The notes: generated from the sequence alone by a model not told the origin. A stretch of 64,000 nucleotides of DNA from an uncultured delta proteobacterium (GCA_963814585.1 CAWFDF010000003.1:192001-256000); one strand, 5' to 3'. Numbered from the stretch's first letter, positions 32,614 through 43,303 are shown. Made by a program: numbers and translations.

Positions 32614-34182
32614 ATGCGCCACCGCCTCACGCCCATCGCCGCAACCGGCCTCACCCTCCTCCTCGCCGTCCTCCTCGCCGCCTGCGGGCAGGCCACGGTC
32701 ACCGAGACCGTGCCCTCCATCGCCGTGGCGATCGACCCGGCGGCCGCCACCCTGGTCGTCGGCGGCACCCGCACCTTCACGGCCACGGTCACCGGGACCG
32801 GCAACACCAGCGTGAACTGGACGGTGCGGGAGGGCGCCACGGGCGGGGGCATCTCGAGCGGGGGCGTCTACACCGCCCCTTCCCTGCCCGGCACCTACCA
32901 CGTGGTGGCGACCAGCGTGGCCGACGCGACCAGGAGCGGCGAGGCCACCGTGACGGTGACCGCACCGGCCGGGGTGAGCCTGGTGGTGAGCCCGCCAGCC
33001 GCCACCCTGGTCGTCGGCGGCACCCGCACCTTCACGGCCACGGTCACCGGGACCGGCAACACCAGCGTGAACTGGACGGTGCGGGAGGGCGCCACGGGTG
33101 GCAGCGTCTCGAGCGGGGGCGTCTACACCGCCCCTTCCCTGCCCGGCACCTACCACGTGGTGGCGACCAGCGTGGCCGACGCGACCAGCAGCGGCGAGGC
33201 CACCGTGACGGTGAGGGCCCCGCCCACCGGCGGGTGGCTCACCGTGGTCGGCAACCAGATCCGGACGCCGGACGGGCTCCCCTGGCGCGGCCGCGGCGCC
33301 AACCTCCACGACACGCGCGGCTGCAATGCCTGCACCTGGAACGCCCCGAACCCGGCCGAGGTCAAGCGGCGCGTCGACGAGCTGGTGGAGGGCTGGAACG
33401 CCAACTTCATCCGGCTGGACCTGGAGAGCTACGGCTCGGCCGGCGGCCGGGTCCACTGGCAAGGCGTCCTGGACGACCCCGGCTACCTGGCCGACATCCA
33501 GGACATCGTGGCCCACGCCACGGCCAAGCCGGGCGTCTACGTGCTGCTCTCGCTCTGGATCGACCCCAGCTTCACCGCCTCGGGCTGGCCGACGCCGGCC
33601 ACCAACCTGGTGTGGGCCAGGCTGGCGGAGGTCTTCAAGGACGAGCCGGGCGTGCTCTTCGGCCTGGTCAACGAGCCGCAGTCCAACTCCAACGGGGCGC
33701 AGGACGCCCAGGTGTGGGCCGCCATGGACGAGGCGGTGCAGGCCATCCGTGACGTGGAGACCGCGGCGGGCACGCCACCCCACGTCGTCGCCGTGCAGGG
33801 CACCCGGTCCTGGGCCAGGGTCCTCGACTACTACCTGACCCACCCCATCACCGCCGGAGGCGGCGTCAACATCGCCTACGAGACCCACGTCTACGATCCG
33901 TCCAGCACCTTCGCGGCCCGCTTCGAGACCCCCTCGGAGACCGTGCCGGTGATCATCGGAGAGTTCGGGCCGGCCTCCGGCTACATGACCGAGGCCGACA
34001 CCGCCGAGCTCATGGCCCGGGCCGAGGCCCACGGCGTCTCCTACCTGGCCTGGACCTTCCACGGGCGCTGCCCGCCCAACCTGCTGGTGGACAACTCGGG
34101 CGGCGGCTGCGGCGTCGGCATGCCGCTGACGCCGACCTCCTGGGGCCAGCAGCTGAAGACCCGCCTGGCCACGCCCTGGTGA
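32614..34182 (+). CDS. Lipoprotein: two Ig-like domains + GH5 (cellulase-like) glycoside hydrolase
   Basis: Lipobox LLAAC and two 85-aa Ig-like repeats. GH5 motifs NFIRL, VNEP (acid/base), YETHVY, PVIIGEFG (nucleophile) and YLAW. Confidence 0.85.
   Translation: MRHRLTPIAATGLTLLLAVLLAACGQATVTETVPSIAVAIDPAAATLVVGGTRTFTATVTGTGNTSVNWTVREGATGGGISSGGVYTAPSLPGTYHVVATSVADATRSGEATVTVTAPAGVSLVVSPPAATLVVGGTRTFTATVTGTGNTSVNWTVREGATGGSVSSGGVYTAPSLPGTYHVVATSVADATSSGEATVTVRAPPTGGWLTVVGNQIRTPDGLPWRGRGANLHDTRGCNACTWNAPNPAEVKRRVDELVEGWNANFIRLDLESYGSAGGRVHWQGVLDDPGYLADIQDIVAHATAKPGVYVLLSLWIDPSFTASGWPTPATNLVWARLAEVFKDEPGVLFGLVNEPQSNSNGAQDAQVWAAMDEAVQAIRDVETAAGTPPHVVAVQGTRSWARVLDYYLTHPITAGGGVNIAYETHVYDPSSTFAARFETPSETVPVIIGEFGPASGYMTEADTAELMARAEAHGVSYLAWTFHGRCPPNLLVDNSGGGCGVGMPLTPTSWGQQLKTRLATPW
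32743..33214 (+). repeat. Intragenic tandem duplication, 255-bp period
   Basis: 32743-32959 and 32998-33214 are nearly identical (about 5 mismatches by my count). Confidence 0.9.
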
Positions 34183-34216
34183 GCGGCGGCCGGCGGGCCC
34201 GCCCCGGGGTGCGGCC

Positions 34217-35080
34217 CTACCCCGCGGTCCCGTGCCCGGCGCCGCGGGTGTAGTCGTACTCGGAGCCGAAGATGCTGTGCGGGATGAAGTAGACCGCCAG
34301 CGTGACCGCCAGCGCCAGGACCACGGCCGCCCGCACCCGCCTGGCGTCCCGCGAGGTGAGGAGCGCGCCGCCCGCCAGCAGCCAGGCCGCCAGCTCGACC
34401 ACCACCTTGTTGTCGGTCCAGTCGTAGCCGAACGGGAACCCCGACCACCAGACGCCGAAGGCGTACCACTGCACCAGCGGCCCGAGCGCGAAGGCGCCCA
34501 GCAGCAGCGACCCCACCGTGGCGGGGAGCAGCCGCCCCAGCGGGCCACCGGAGAGCGCCGCCAGCCCGGTACGGACCGCCAGCGTCATGGAGAGGAAGAC
34601 CACCAGGATGTGCGGCACCAGCACGAACGGCGGCACCGGCGCCTTGTAGCGGGCGAAGATGGGCCTCTCGCCGGTGACCGACCTCGGCCCCGAGCCGTCG
34701 TCGAGGTCGACGAAGAACTCGTACTTGCCGGCCCGCTCGGGGAGCGATGGCAGCGAGGCGCCGACGCCGCGCAGCTCCTCGCTGCTGCCGCGGCGCGTGA
34801 AGCGGAAGGTCCCTGGCGCCATGGACGTGGTCCGCCACGCGTCGTGGGACTTGTGCCGCCGCCAGCGGATCGACCCGGCCACGCCCGCCGGCACCGGGTC
34901 CGCCAGCATGAGCTGGAGCGGCGTGCCGATCTCCTCGCTGCGCAGGAACTTGTAGCGCACCGGGCCACGCGCCGTGTCGACGGTCCCCTCCAGCGGGTAG
35001 GTGGGGCCGGTCCTGTTCTGGAAGACGAAGCAGGCCACCGTCAGCGCCGCCGCGGCCAGCCACAGCAACATGCTCTTCAC
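34217..35080 (-). CDS. Hypothetical membrane protein (N-terminal TM, soluble domain, four C-terminal TMs)
   Basis: Protein-like ORF with RTGPTYP and GPLVQWYAFG..WSGFPFGYDWTDNK. No family recognised. Confidence 0.7.
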   Translation of the reverse strand: MKSMLLWLAAAALTVACFVFQNRTGPTYPLEGTVDTARGPVRYKFLRSEEIGTPLQLMLADPVPAGVAGSIRWRRHKSHDAWRTTSMAPGTFRFTRRGSSEELRGVGASLPSLPERAGKYEFFVDLDDGSGPRSVTGERPIFARYKAPVPPFVLVPHILVVFLSMTLAVRTGLAALSGGPLGRLLPATVGSLLLGAFALGPLVQWYAFGVWWSGFPFGYDWTDNKVVVELAAWLLAGGALLTSRDARRVRAAVVLALAVTLAVYFIPHSIFGSEYDYTRGAGHGTAG

Positions 35081-35108
35081 GTGGTGCTCCTCGTTCCCCT
35101 GGCGCCGT

Positions 35109-35900
35109 TCACCTCCCCAGGAACCTCGGCGCGCGCCGCTCGGCGAAGGCCCGCCGCCCTTCGAGGATGTCCTGGCTCTCGAAGGCGCGCCGGCGCAGCT
35201 CGGCGATCTCGCCTCGCTCCGCCCCGGTCAGGCCGCGTTCGTGGGCCGTCTCCAGCAGCCGCAGGATCCGCTTCATCCCCTGCACCGCCAGCGGCGCGTT
35301 GCCCGCGATCTCGGCGGCCAGCGCCAGGGCCGCCCCTTCCGCCCCCTCGGCCGGCACCAGCCGGTTCACCAGCCCCCAGGCGTGGGCCACGTGGGAGTCG
35401 ATGGGCCGGCCGGAGAAGAAGAGCTCGCGCGTCCGCGCGCCGCCGACCAGCTGCAGGAAGCGGCGCAGCCCGCCCTCCGGGTAGACCACGCCCAGCTTGG
35501 CCGGCGGCAACCCCAGCAGGATCCCCTCCCGCGCCACGCGCAGGTCGCAGGTGGCCGCCAGCTCGAAGCCGCCGCCGTAGGCCGGCCCGTTGAGGTAGGC
35601 CACGGTCGGGCAGGCGACCGCCTCGAGCGCCTCGGCGGCCCGCTCCACCGCCTCGTCCGGCCGCTCGCCGCGCCCGTTCACCTGGCCCATCTCGGCGAGG
35701 TCGAAGCCGGAGGAGAAGGCCTCCTCGCCGGCGCCCCGCAGCAGCAGGCAGCGCACCCCGGCCAGCGCCGTGGTCGTGCAGGCCGCCTCCAGCTCGTCGA
35801 GCGCCCGGAAGTCGAGCGCGTTCCGCTTGGAGGGGTTGTCGAGGAGCAGGACCCGGACGGCCCCGAGGTCCTCGACCCGGATCCGGGCCGGCGGGCTCAT
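35109..35900 (-). CDS. Enoyl-CoA hydratase/isomerase (crotonase superfamily)
   Basis: Motifs KRNAL, AFSSGFDL, GPAYGGGFELAATCDLRVA and EGRRAFAERR.PRF.G. Confidence 0.9.
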   Translation of the reverse strand: MSPPARIRVEDLGAVRVLLLDNPSKRNALDFRALDELEAACTTTALAGVRCLLLRGAGEEAFSSGFDLAEMGQVNGRGERPDEAVERAAEALEAVACPTVAYLNGPAYGGGFELAATCDLRVAREGILLGLPPAKLGVVYPEGGLRRFLQLVGGARTRELFFSGRPIDSHVAHAWGLVNRLVPAEGAEGAALALAAEIAGNAPLAVQGMKRILRLLETAHERGLTGAERGEIAELRRRAFESQDILEGRRAFAERRAPRFLGR

Positions 35901-36112
35901 CCCAGGATGACGAGGAGGTCGCCCTCGTTGACGGCCTGGGCGGTGACGCAGCGGATCTCCAGCACCGTCCCACCCACCAGCGCCTCGACCGGCATCTCCA
36001 TCTTCATCGACTCGAGGATGACCACCACGTCCCCCGGCGCCACGGTGTCTCCCATGGCCTTCTCGATGCGAACCACGGTCCCGGTGATGTGGGCTGCCAC
36101 CTTCTCGGCCAT
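35897..36112 (-). CDS. Small biotin carboxyl carrier protein
   Basis: 71 aa with the biotinylation motif ILESMKMEMPV. Stop overlaps the start of the hydratase. Confidence 0.85.
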   Translation of the reverse strand: MAEKVAAHITGTVVRIEKAMGDTVAPGDVVVILESMKMEMPVEALVGGTVLEIRCVTAQAVNEGDLLVILG

Positions 36113-36203
36113 GTGGATCTCCTCACGTGATGCAGTGGGTCCCGGAAGGCTAGCCGCTCCGGGAGCGGCTGGCCACCACGGGTTGCAGGGCAGGTGGGGG
36201 AGC

Positions 36204-37064
36204 TCAGCCGCGCGCGGTGGGCTTGGGCGCGCCCGGCCGGGCGCGGCTCTCGTCCGAGTCCACCAGGGACTTCGGGTTGGGCTCGACCGGCGAGACCACG
36301 GCGGCGCGCGGCGGGGTGGTGACCCGGCCCTGCCGCGCCCTGAGGAGGAAGCGCACCGTGTCGGCGAGATCGAGGTACTTGATGGGCTTGTGCAGGAAGA
36401 GCGTGACGCCCATGGCGGCCAGCTCCTCGCGCTCCCGCTCGCCGCCCGAGGTGATGACCACCACCGGCAGGTGGGCCAGGCGGGGCTCGGCGCGGATGCG
36501 GTCCACCAGCTCGGTCCCGGAGACCTCCGGCATGAAGACGTCGGTGACCAGGACGTCGATGGACGGCCTCCGCAGCAGCCGGTCCCAGGCGGCGGCGCCG
36601 TCGTTGACCACCTCCACCGCCATCCCCTCCAGCTTGTCGGTCTCCGCCATCCGGCGCAGCGCCGCGGCGTACATGTTGGCCACCAGCCCGTTGTCCTCGC
36701 AGAGGAGGATGCAGCAGGTCGGTGTCGGGCGGCGCGAGGCGTTGGCGACGAAGCGGGTCACCTCGGCGAGCCGGGCCCGGTGGTCGGGCAGGTCGTCGGG
36801 CACCCGCACCGCCACGCCGCCGGGCTGATCGCCCTGTCCCGGCATGGAGCGGACCACCTCGACCGTCAGCTCGACCGGCTCGAGCAGCTGCGGAAAGGAG
36901 AGGACCAGCGTGGTCCGCTCACCGGGGGAGAAGTGCCGCTCGGTCCTGATGAGCAGGCCACTGCCGGAGAGGTTCTCCGTGTAGTCGAACACCGACTCGG
37001 CGTCGGGATACTTGACGGAGAGAACGAGTGGAAAACGGGGAAAGGCTCGGCGCTCCCTGGACAT
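36204..37064 (-). CDS. PilZ-domain (TIGR02266-like) + response-regulator receiver protein
   Basis: PilZ motifs RRAFPRFP and ENLSGSGL. Receiver motifs ILLCED, VTDVFMP..SG, VITS and FLHKP. Confidence 0.85.
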   Translation of the reverse strand: MSRERRAFPRFPLVLSVKYPDAESVFDYTENLSGSGLLIRTERHFSPGERTTLVLSFPQLLEPVELTVEVVRSMPGQGDQPGGVAVRVPDDLPDHRARLAEVTRFVANASRRPTPTCCILLCEDNGLVANMYAAALRRMAETDKLEGMAVEVVNDGAAAWDRLLRRPSIDVLVTDVFMPEVSGTELVDRIRAEPRLAHLPVVVITSGGEREREELAAMGVTLFLHKPIKYLDLADTVRFLLRARQGRVTTPPRAAVVSPVEPNPKSLVDSDESRARPGAPKPTARG

Positions 37065-37307
37065 CTCGACTCCCGTAGGTCCCCCGGCGAACTGGCGTGA
37101 TCCGCGAGTCCGTGCAACACCTACATCCTAGCCCAGAGCCCTTCGGGGCTGAATTTTCTGCCCAAATTTTCTCTGGCATCCCCCATGGCCCGGCCCGGGT
37201 GGCAGCCCGGCGGCCGGCCTCGCCGCTGCGACGGCCGGCACTCCTGGCTTGACGAGGCCCGTCCGGCGTTGCCTAATCGACGGTTCCCCCCGCCTCACGA
37301 GGACCTC

Positions 37308-38663
37308 ATGCAGACCAAGTTCCTGCTCGGCGAGAACCGGATCCCCACCCACTGGTACAACGTCGTCGCCGACCTGCCTGCGCCCCCGGCCCCGGTGCTC
37401 CACCCCGGCACGCTCAAGCCGGTCACGCCCGCCGACATGCTCCCGCTCTTCCCGCCCGGCCTGCTCGAGCAGGAGATGTCGGCGGAGCGCTGGATCAAGA
37501 TCCCCGACCAGGTCCGCGAGATCTACCAGCTCTGGCGCCCCAGCCCGCTCATCCGCGCCCATCGCCTGGAGAAGCTCCTGGGCACGCCGGCCAAGATCTA
37601 CTTCAAGTACGAGGGGGTCTCGCCGGCCGGCTCGCACAAGCCCAACACCGCGGTGCCGCAGGCCTACTACAACAAGCTGGCCGGCACGAAGCGGATCGCC
37701 TCCGAGACCGGCGCCGGCCAGTGGGGGTCGTCGATCGCGCTGGCCTGCCAGATGTTCGGCCTGGAGTGCACCATCTACATGGTGAAGATCTCCTACGGCC
37801 AGAAGCCCTACCGGAAGTCGATGATGGAGCTCTGGGGCGCCGAGGTGCTGGCCTCGCCCAGCCCGCGCACCAACGCCGGCCGCTCCATCCTGGCCCGTGA
37901 GCCCGACAACCAGGGCTCGCTGGGCATCGCCATCTCCGAGGCGGTGGAGGACGCCGCCACCCACGACGACACCCGCTACGCGCTCGGCTCGGTGCTCAAC
38001 CACGTCTGCCTGCACCAGACCGTCATCGGGCTGGAGGCGAAGGAGCAGCTCAAGGACGCCGGCGACTACCCCGACGTGGTCATCGGCTGCCACGGTGGCG
38101 GCTCCAACTTCGCGGGCATCGCCTTCCCCTTCCTGGCCGACAAGGCGGCCGGCAAGCAGGTCCGCCTGCTGGCGATGGAGCCGACCTCCTGCCCCACGCT
38201 GACCAAGGGCGTCTACGAGTTCGACTTCGGCGACACCGCCAAGATGGCCCCGGTGGCCAAGATGTACACGCTCGGTCACGACTTCATGCCGCCGGGCATC
38301 CACGCCGGCGGCCTGCGCTACCACGGCGCCTCGCCCCTGGTCTCGCAGGTGGTGCACCACGGCCTGGTGGAGGCCCGCGCCGTCGGCCAGCTGGCCTGCT
38401 TCGAGGCGGCGGTGATGTTCGCCCGCGCCGAGGCCATCATCCCGGCCCCCGAGTCCTCGCACGCCATCCGCGGCGCCATCGACGAGGCGCTGGCGGCCAA
38501 GGCGGAGGGCAAGCCGCGCACCATCCTCTTCAACCTCTCCGGCCACGGTCACGTCGACATGGGCGCCTACGACGCCTACTTCGCCGGGAAGCTGGAGGAC
38601 TTCGAGTACCCGGCCGAGAAGGTCAAGGAGTCGCTGGCCCACCTGCCCAAGGTCGCGGTCTAG
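37308..38663 (+). CDS. trpB2: TrpB-like PLP enzyme (tryptophan synthase beta, type 2)
   Basis: Motifs [47 protein letters not shown] and HAGGLRYHG. No trpA nearby. Confidence 0.93.
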   Translation: MQTKFLLGENRIPTHWYNVVADLPAPPAPVLHPGTLKPVTPADMLPLFPPGLLEQEMSAERWIKIPDQVREIYQLWRPSPLIRAHRLEKLLGTPAKIYFKYEGVSPAGSHKPNTAVPQAYYNKLAGTKRIASETGAGQWGSSIALACQMFGLECTIYMVKISYGQKPYRKSMMELWGAEVLASPSPRTNAGRSILAREPDNQGSLGIAISEAVEDAATHDDTRYALGSVLNHVCLHQTVIGLEAKEQLKDAGDYPDVVIGCHGGGSNFAGIAFPFLADKAAGKQVRLLAMEPTSCPTLTKGVYEFDFGDTAKMAPVAKMYTLGHDFMPPGIHAGGLRYHGASPLVSQVVHHGLVEARAVGQLACFEAAVMFARAEAIIPAPESSHAIRGAIDEALAAKAEGKPRTILFNLSGHGHVDMGAYDAYFAGKLEDFEYPAEKVKESLAHLPKVAV

Positions 38664-38684
38664 TCCAGGCGGCGTCGGGTCGGC

Positions 38685-39587
38685 TCAGCGCGGGACCTCG
38701 CCGAAATGCCAGGTGAAGTCGAGCCAGGGGACCGGGAAGCTGCTGCCGCTGGTGAAGAGGAACCCGGCGTCGACGCCGAGCCGGTCGCCGATGAAGCGCA
38801 CCGCGGCGCTGCCGAGCCACTCGGTCGTGCCCTCCACCTGGACGAACCAGTTCTCGCTCACCAGGGCGATGGGGCGGGCGACGCGCCAGTTGCCGGAGAC
38901 CGAGACCACCACCTTCCCGAGCTCGCTGGTGCCGCTGCCGATGGCGAAGGCCGGCCCGGCCGAGACCCCGAGGTTCAGGTTCTCGGTCCCCAGCGTGACG
39001 GTGCCGAAGACCAGGCCGGCCGCGCCGGTGGCCAGGCCTGGCGCGGCGAAGGCCTGGAAGCCCAGCGCCAGGTGGAGGTGGTCGGAGGGCGAACCGCCCG
39101 CCTTGAGGGCCACGGAGAAGGGCAAGGTGGACGGCTCGTAGATCAGCCAGGGGAGGATCGTCCCGGCCTGCAGCGTGAGCCAGTCGGTGAGGCCGAAGCC
39201 GACGGTGGTGAGGATCAGCTCGGTCTGGGAGAGATACCCCTCGCCCTGGCGGAGCATGAAGCCGGTCGGGGAGTAGAGGTAGCGGGTCCGGTTGGGATCG
39301 CGCGGCCAGGCCCCCTCGGCGGCCTCGCTGCCCGGCAGCGCCAGCACCTGGATCGAGCCGGCGGGGACCAGCATGCGCGCGCCCGAGGACTCGATGGTGA
39401 CCCCGCTGGCGTCCTGGCTGACCAGCCTTCCCTTCAGCTTCTGGCCGTCCTTCAGCACCAGCACCACGTCCTGGCCGGGCTGTGGCGCGGGCGCGGCGGC
39501 GGGAGCGGCCGGCGGCGGGGCGGACTGCGCCCGGGTCACCGGGGCGGCGAGGGTGAAGCAGGCCAAGGCGGCGAGCCAGCGGTGCAT
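38685..39587 (-). CDS. Hypothetical exported protein, probable outer-membrane beta-barrel
   Basis: Signal peptide, an LKDGQKLKG small domain, DPNRTRYLYSPTG and beta-strand-rich C-terminus. Confidence 0.6.
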   Translation of the reverse strand: MHRWLAALACFTLAAPVTRAQSAPPPAAPAAAPAPQPGQDVVLVLKDGQKLKGRLVSQDASGVTIESSGARMLVPAGSIQVLALPGSEAAEGAWPRDPNRTRYLYSPTGFMLRQGEGYLSQTELILTTVGFGLTDWLTLQAGTILPWLIYEPSTLPFSVALKAGGSPSDHLHLALGFQAFAAPGLATGAAGLVFGTVTLGTENLNLGVSAGPAFAIGSGTSELGKVVVSVSGNWRVARPIALVSENWFVQVEGTTEWLGSAAVRFIGDRLGVDAGFLFTSGSSFPVPWLDFTWHFGEVPR

Positions 39588-39700
39588 TCGCGAACTCCTC
39601 CTGGCGCCAGCCTACCGGACGGACGCCGGCCCGCAAGTGTGCGGACGGCACGATCCGCCCGGTCGACGGCCGGGCCCGGTCCCGGCCCGCAAGGAGTCTC

Positions 39701-39730
39701 TGGACAATTCCAGCAAAAGCGTACCAGAAT
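39701..39730 (+). promoter_or_regulatory. Putative promoter for the iorA operon
   Basis: TGGACA, an 18-nt spacer, then CAGAAT, in an AT-enriched patch about 30 nt upstream of the iorA ATG. Confidence 0.4.
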
Positions 39731-39760
39731 GCCTGCTATTCCGGATCGGGAGCCGACGTG

Positions 39761-41392
39761 ATGGAGAAGAGACTGCTGTCCGGCGACGAAGCCGTCGCCC
39801 TCGCCGCGCGCGACACGGGCATCGCCCTCGGGACCGGGTATCCCGGCACGCCCTCCACCGAGATCCTGGAGGCCTTCGGGGCCCTCGGCGGCCGCGCCCA
39901 GTGGGCGCCCAACGAGAAGGTGGCGCTGGAGGTCGGGCTGGGGGCCGCGTACGGCGGTGGCCGGGCCCTGGTGACCATGAAGCACGTCGGCCTCAACGTC
40001 GCCGCCGATCCGCTCTTCACCGCGGCCTACACCGGCGTCACCGGCGCCCTGGTGGTGGTCTCGGCCGACGACCCGGGCATGGCCTCCTCGCAGAACGAGC
40101 AGGACAACCGGCGCTACGCCATCGCCGCCGGCCTGCCGATGCTCTACCCGGCGGACCCGCAGGAGGCCTACGACTACCTCTTCCGGGCGGTCGAGCTCTC
40201 CGAGCGCTGGTCGACTGCCGGTCCTGTTCCGGATGACCACCCGGGTGTGCCACTCCAAGTCCCTGGTCACGTCGCGGGACCGGCCGATGGCGGCCCGCCT
40301 GCCCAGCTTCGAGCGGGACATCCCGGGTCGGGTCATGGTCCCGGCCTTCGCCCGCCCGGCCCACCGGAAGCTGCGGGCCAAGCTGGCCGACATCGCCGCC
40401 TTCGGCGAGACCAGCGATCTCAACACCGTCACCGAGGGAAGCCGGGACCTGGGGATCATCACCGACGGGGTCTGCGCCCTGCACGCCGCCGAGGCCTCGC
40501 CCGGGCGCCAGCTTCTTCAAGATCGGCCTGGTCCACCCGCTCCCATCTCAGCCGGCTCCGTGCCTTCGCCGCCAGCGTGAAGCGCTGCGTGGTCATCGAG
40601 GAAGGGCGACCCGGTCATCGCCGACGCGCTCCGCGCCGCCGGCATCGACGTCGAGTCGAAGCCGGAGATGTTCCGCTTCGGCGAGCTCGACGTGGGCCGG
40701 GTCCGCCGCATCCTGGCGGGCGACGTCTCACCCGAGCCGCCGCTCCCCAAGGGGAAGCCGCCGGAGCTCTGCGCCGCCTGCCCCTACCATCCGGTCTACG
40801 CCACGCTGCGCAAGCTCGACTGCATCGTGGCCGGCGACATCGGCTGCTACACGCTCGGCGTCATGGAGCCGTACCGGGCCATGGACACCTGCGTGGCCAT
40901 GGGCGCCTCGATCGGCGTCGGCCTCGGGCTGCGCCACGTCCTCCCCGCCGACCAGGCGCGGCGGGTGGTCTCGATCATCGGCGACTCGACCTTCATCCAC
41001 TCGGGCGTCTCCGGGATCATGGAGATGGTCTACAACCCGCCCGCGCATCGGGCACGTGGTCATCGTCCTCGACAACGGCATCACCGCGATGACCGGGCAG
41101 CAGGAGCACCCCGGGACCGGCCGCACCCTCGAGCACGAGGCGACCGGGAAGGTCTCCATCGAGGGGATGTCCAGGGCCATGGGGATCGAGACCATCGATC
41201 ATCGATCCCTTCGCCGACCCGGCCGGCTTCGAGAGGCTGCTGGTCGAGCGGCTGGCCGTCCCCCGGCTCTCCCTCATCGTCGCCCGCCGCCCCTGCGTGC
41301 TGGCGGCGGCCGACATCCGCGGCTGGGAGAAGGCGGCGGAGACGACCCGGGCGGCCCAGGCCTGCGGCGGCTGCGCCGCGGAGGACGCATGA
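39761..41392 (+). CDS. iorA: Indolepyruvate (aryl-2-oxoacid):ferredoxin oxidoreductase alpha subunit, multiple frameshifts
   Basis: Motifs GYPGTPSTEI, NEKVALE, MKHVGLNVA.D, SSQNEQDNR, C.ACP, GDIGCYTLG, GDSTF.HSG and LDN.ITAMTGQQ are spread over several frames. The stop overlaps the iorB start (ATGA). Confidence 0.88.
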
Positions 41393-41896
41393 GCGCCAGG
41401 GTCACCAACGTCATCCTGGCCGGGCTGGGAGGACAGGGCGTCATCAAGGCCTCGGACATCCTCGCCGACGCCGCGGTGCGGGCCGGGTACGACGTCAAGA
41501 AGGCCGAGGTCCACGGCATGAGCCAGCGCGGCGGCTCGGTCACCTCCGACGTCCGCTTCGGCCCCAAGGTGCTCTCGCCGATGATCCCCGCGGGGCGAGG
41601 CCGACTTCCTGGTGGTGCTGGCCCCCTCCGAGGTCGAGGTCACCCGGCCGCTGCTGCGCCCGGGCGGCGTGCTGTTCGCGCCCGACTTCGTCCCCGAGGA
41701 GGAGCTCGCCAACCGGCGCAGCCTCAACGTGGCCCTCCTCGGCGCGCTCTCCGCCCACCTCGACATCCCCGAGGGGACCTTCCTCGACGCCGTGAAGGCC
41801 GCGCTGGCGGAGCGCCTCCACGCCGCGAACGAGCAGGCCTTCCGCCTCGGGCGTGCCCGCGGGGCGAGGACCGGCGCGGCTGCGGTCGGCACATGA
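41389..41896 (+). CDS. iorB: Indolepyruvate oxidoreductase beta subunit, frameshift near 41595
   Basis: NVILAGLGGQG, EVHGMSQRGGSV.SDVRFG, then in a second frame NVALLGALS and NEQAFRLG. Confidence 0.88.
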
Positions 41897-41939
41897 CGAA
41901 GGACTCGACGAGGGGCGCCCACGCCCCGGGAGGTCGACG

Positions 41940-43263
41940 GTGAGCACCTGGAACGATCCGGCCAGCGGCTTCCATCCCGTGAGCGCCGCCGACTACCTGC
42001 CGCGCCCCAAGCTGGAGGAGCTCCAGCTCCAGCGCCTCCGATCCACCGTGGCCCTCGCCTACACCCGGGTCGAGCACTTCCGGCGCCGGATGGAGGAGCG
42101 GGGCCTCTCCCCCAGGGACGTCGCCACGCACGCGCGACCTGTCCCGGCTGCCCTTCACGGTCAAGGCCGACCTGCGCGACACCTACCCCTTCGGCCTCTT
42201 CGCCTGCCCCATGGAGGAGATCGTCCGGCTCCATGCCTCCTCCGGCACCACCGGCCGGCCCATCGTGGTCGCCTACACCCAGGCCGACATCGAGGTCTGG
42301 AAGGAGGTCATGGTCCGGGCCTTCGCCTCCTTCGGCGTCCACCGCGGCGACATCATCCAGAACGCCTACGGCTACGGCCTCTTCACCGGCGGGCTGGGCG
42401 TGCACTACGGCGGCGAGGCGCTCGGCGCCACCGTCATCCCCATCAGCGGCGGCAACACCGAGCGGCAGATCATGGTGATGCAGGACTTCGGCGCCACCGT
42501 CATCTGCTGCACGCCCTCCTACTTCCTCCACCTGGTCGAGCGCGCCCAGGAGGAGAAGATCGACTTCTCCCGGATGCGCGTGGGCGTCTTCGGCGCCGAG
42601 CCCTGGAGCGAGGCGATGCGGCAGCGCATCCAGAAGGACACCGGCGTCCGTGGCTACGACATCTACGGCCTCTCCGAGATCATCGGCCCGGGCGTCGGCG
42701 CCGAGTGCGTCCACCAGGCCGGCCTCCACCTCTACGAGGACCACTTCTTCCCGGAGATCATCGATCCGGCCACCGGCGCGGTCCTGCCGGACGGGAGCGA
42801 GGGCGAGCTGGTGCTCACCACCCTCTCCAAGCAGGCCATGCCGATGATCCGCTACCGGACCCGCGACGTGACCACGCTGATCGCCGAGCCGTGCGCCTGC
42901 GGCCGGACGCTCCGGCGCATCAAGCGCATCGAGCGGCGCTCCGACGACATGTTCATCATCCGCGGCGTCAACGTCTTCCCCTCCCAGGTCGAGACGGCGC
43001 TGCTCAAGGTCGAGGGAACCATGCCGCACTACGCCATCGTGCTGACCCGGGAGAAGGGGCTCGACGACATGGAGGTCCAGGTCGAGGTGACGCCAGAGGT
43101 CTTCTCGGACAAGATGCGGGCCATGGAGACGCTCCACCGGAACCTCGGGCTGGCGCTCGAGCAGGTGCTCGGCGTCCGGGCCAAGGTGACCCTGGTCGAG
43201 CCCCGGACCCTGGCGCGGAGCGAGGGCAAGGCCAAGCGGGTGATCGACAAGCGCACCATCTAG
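41940..43263 (+). CDS. paaK: Phenylacetate-CoA ligase family protein, frameshift near 42130
   Basis: GTG start after GGAGG. Motifs [41 protein letters not shown] and [17 protein letters not shown]. Confidence 0.9.
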
Positions 43264-43303
43264 CGGGCCGGGGGCAGCGCCCCGGGTCCCAGGAGGAGGG
43301 CAC

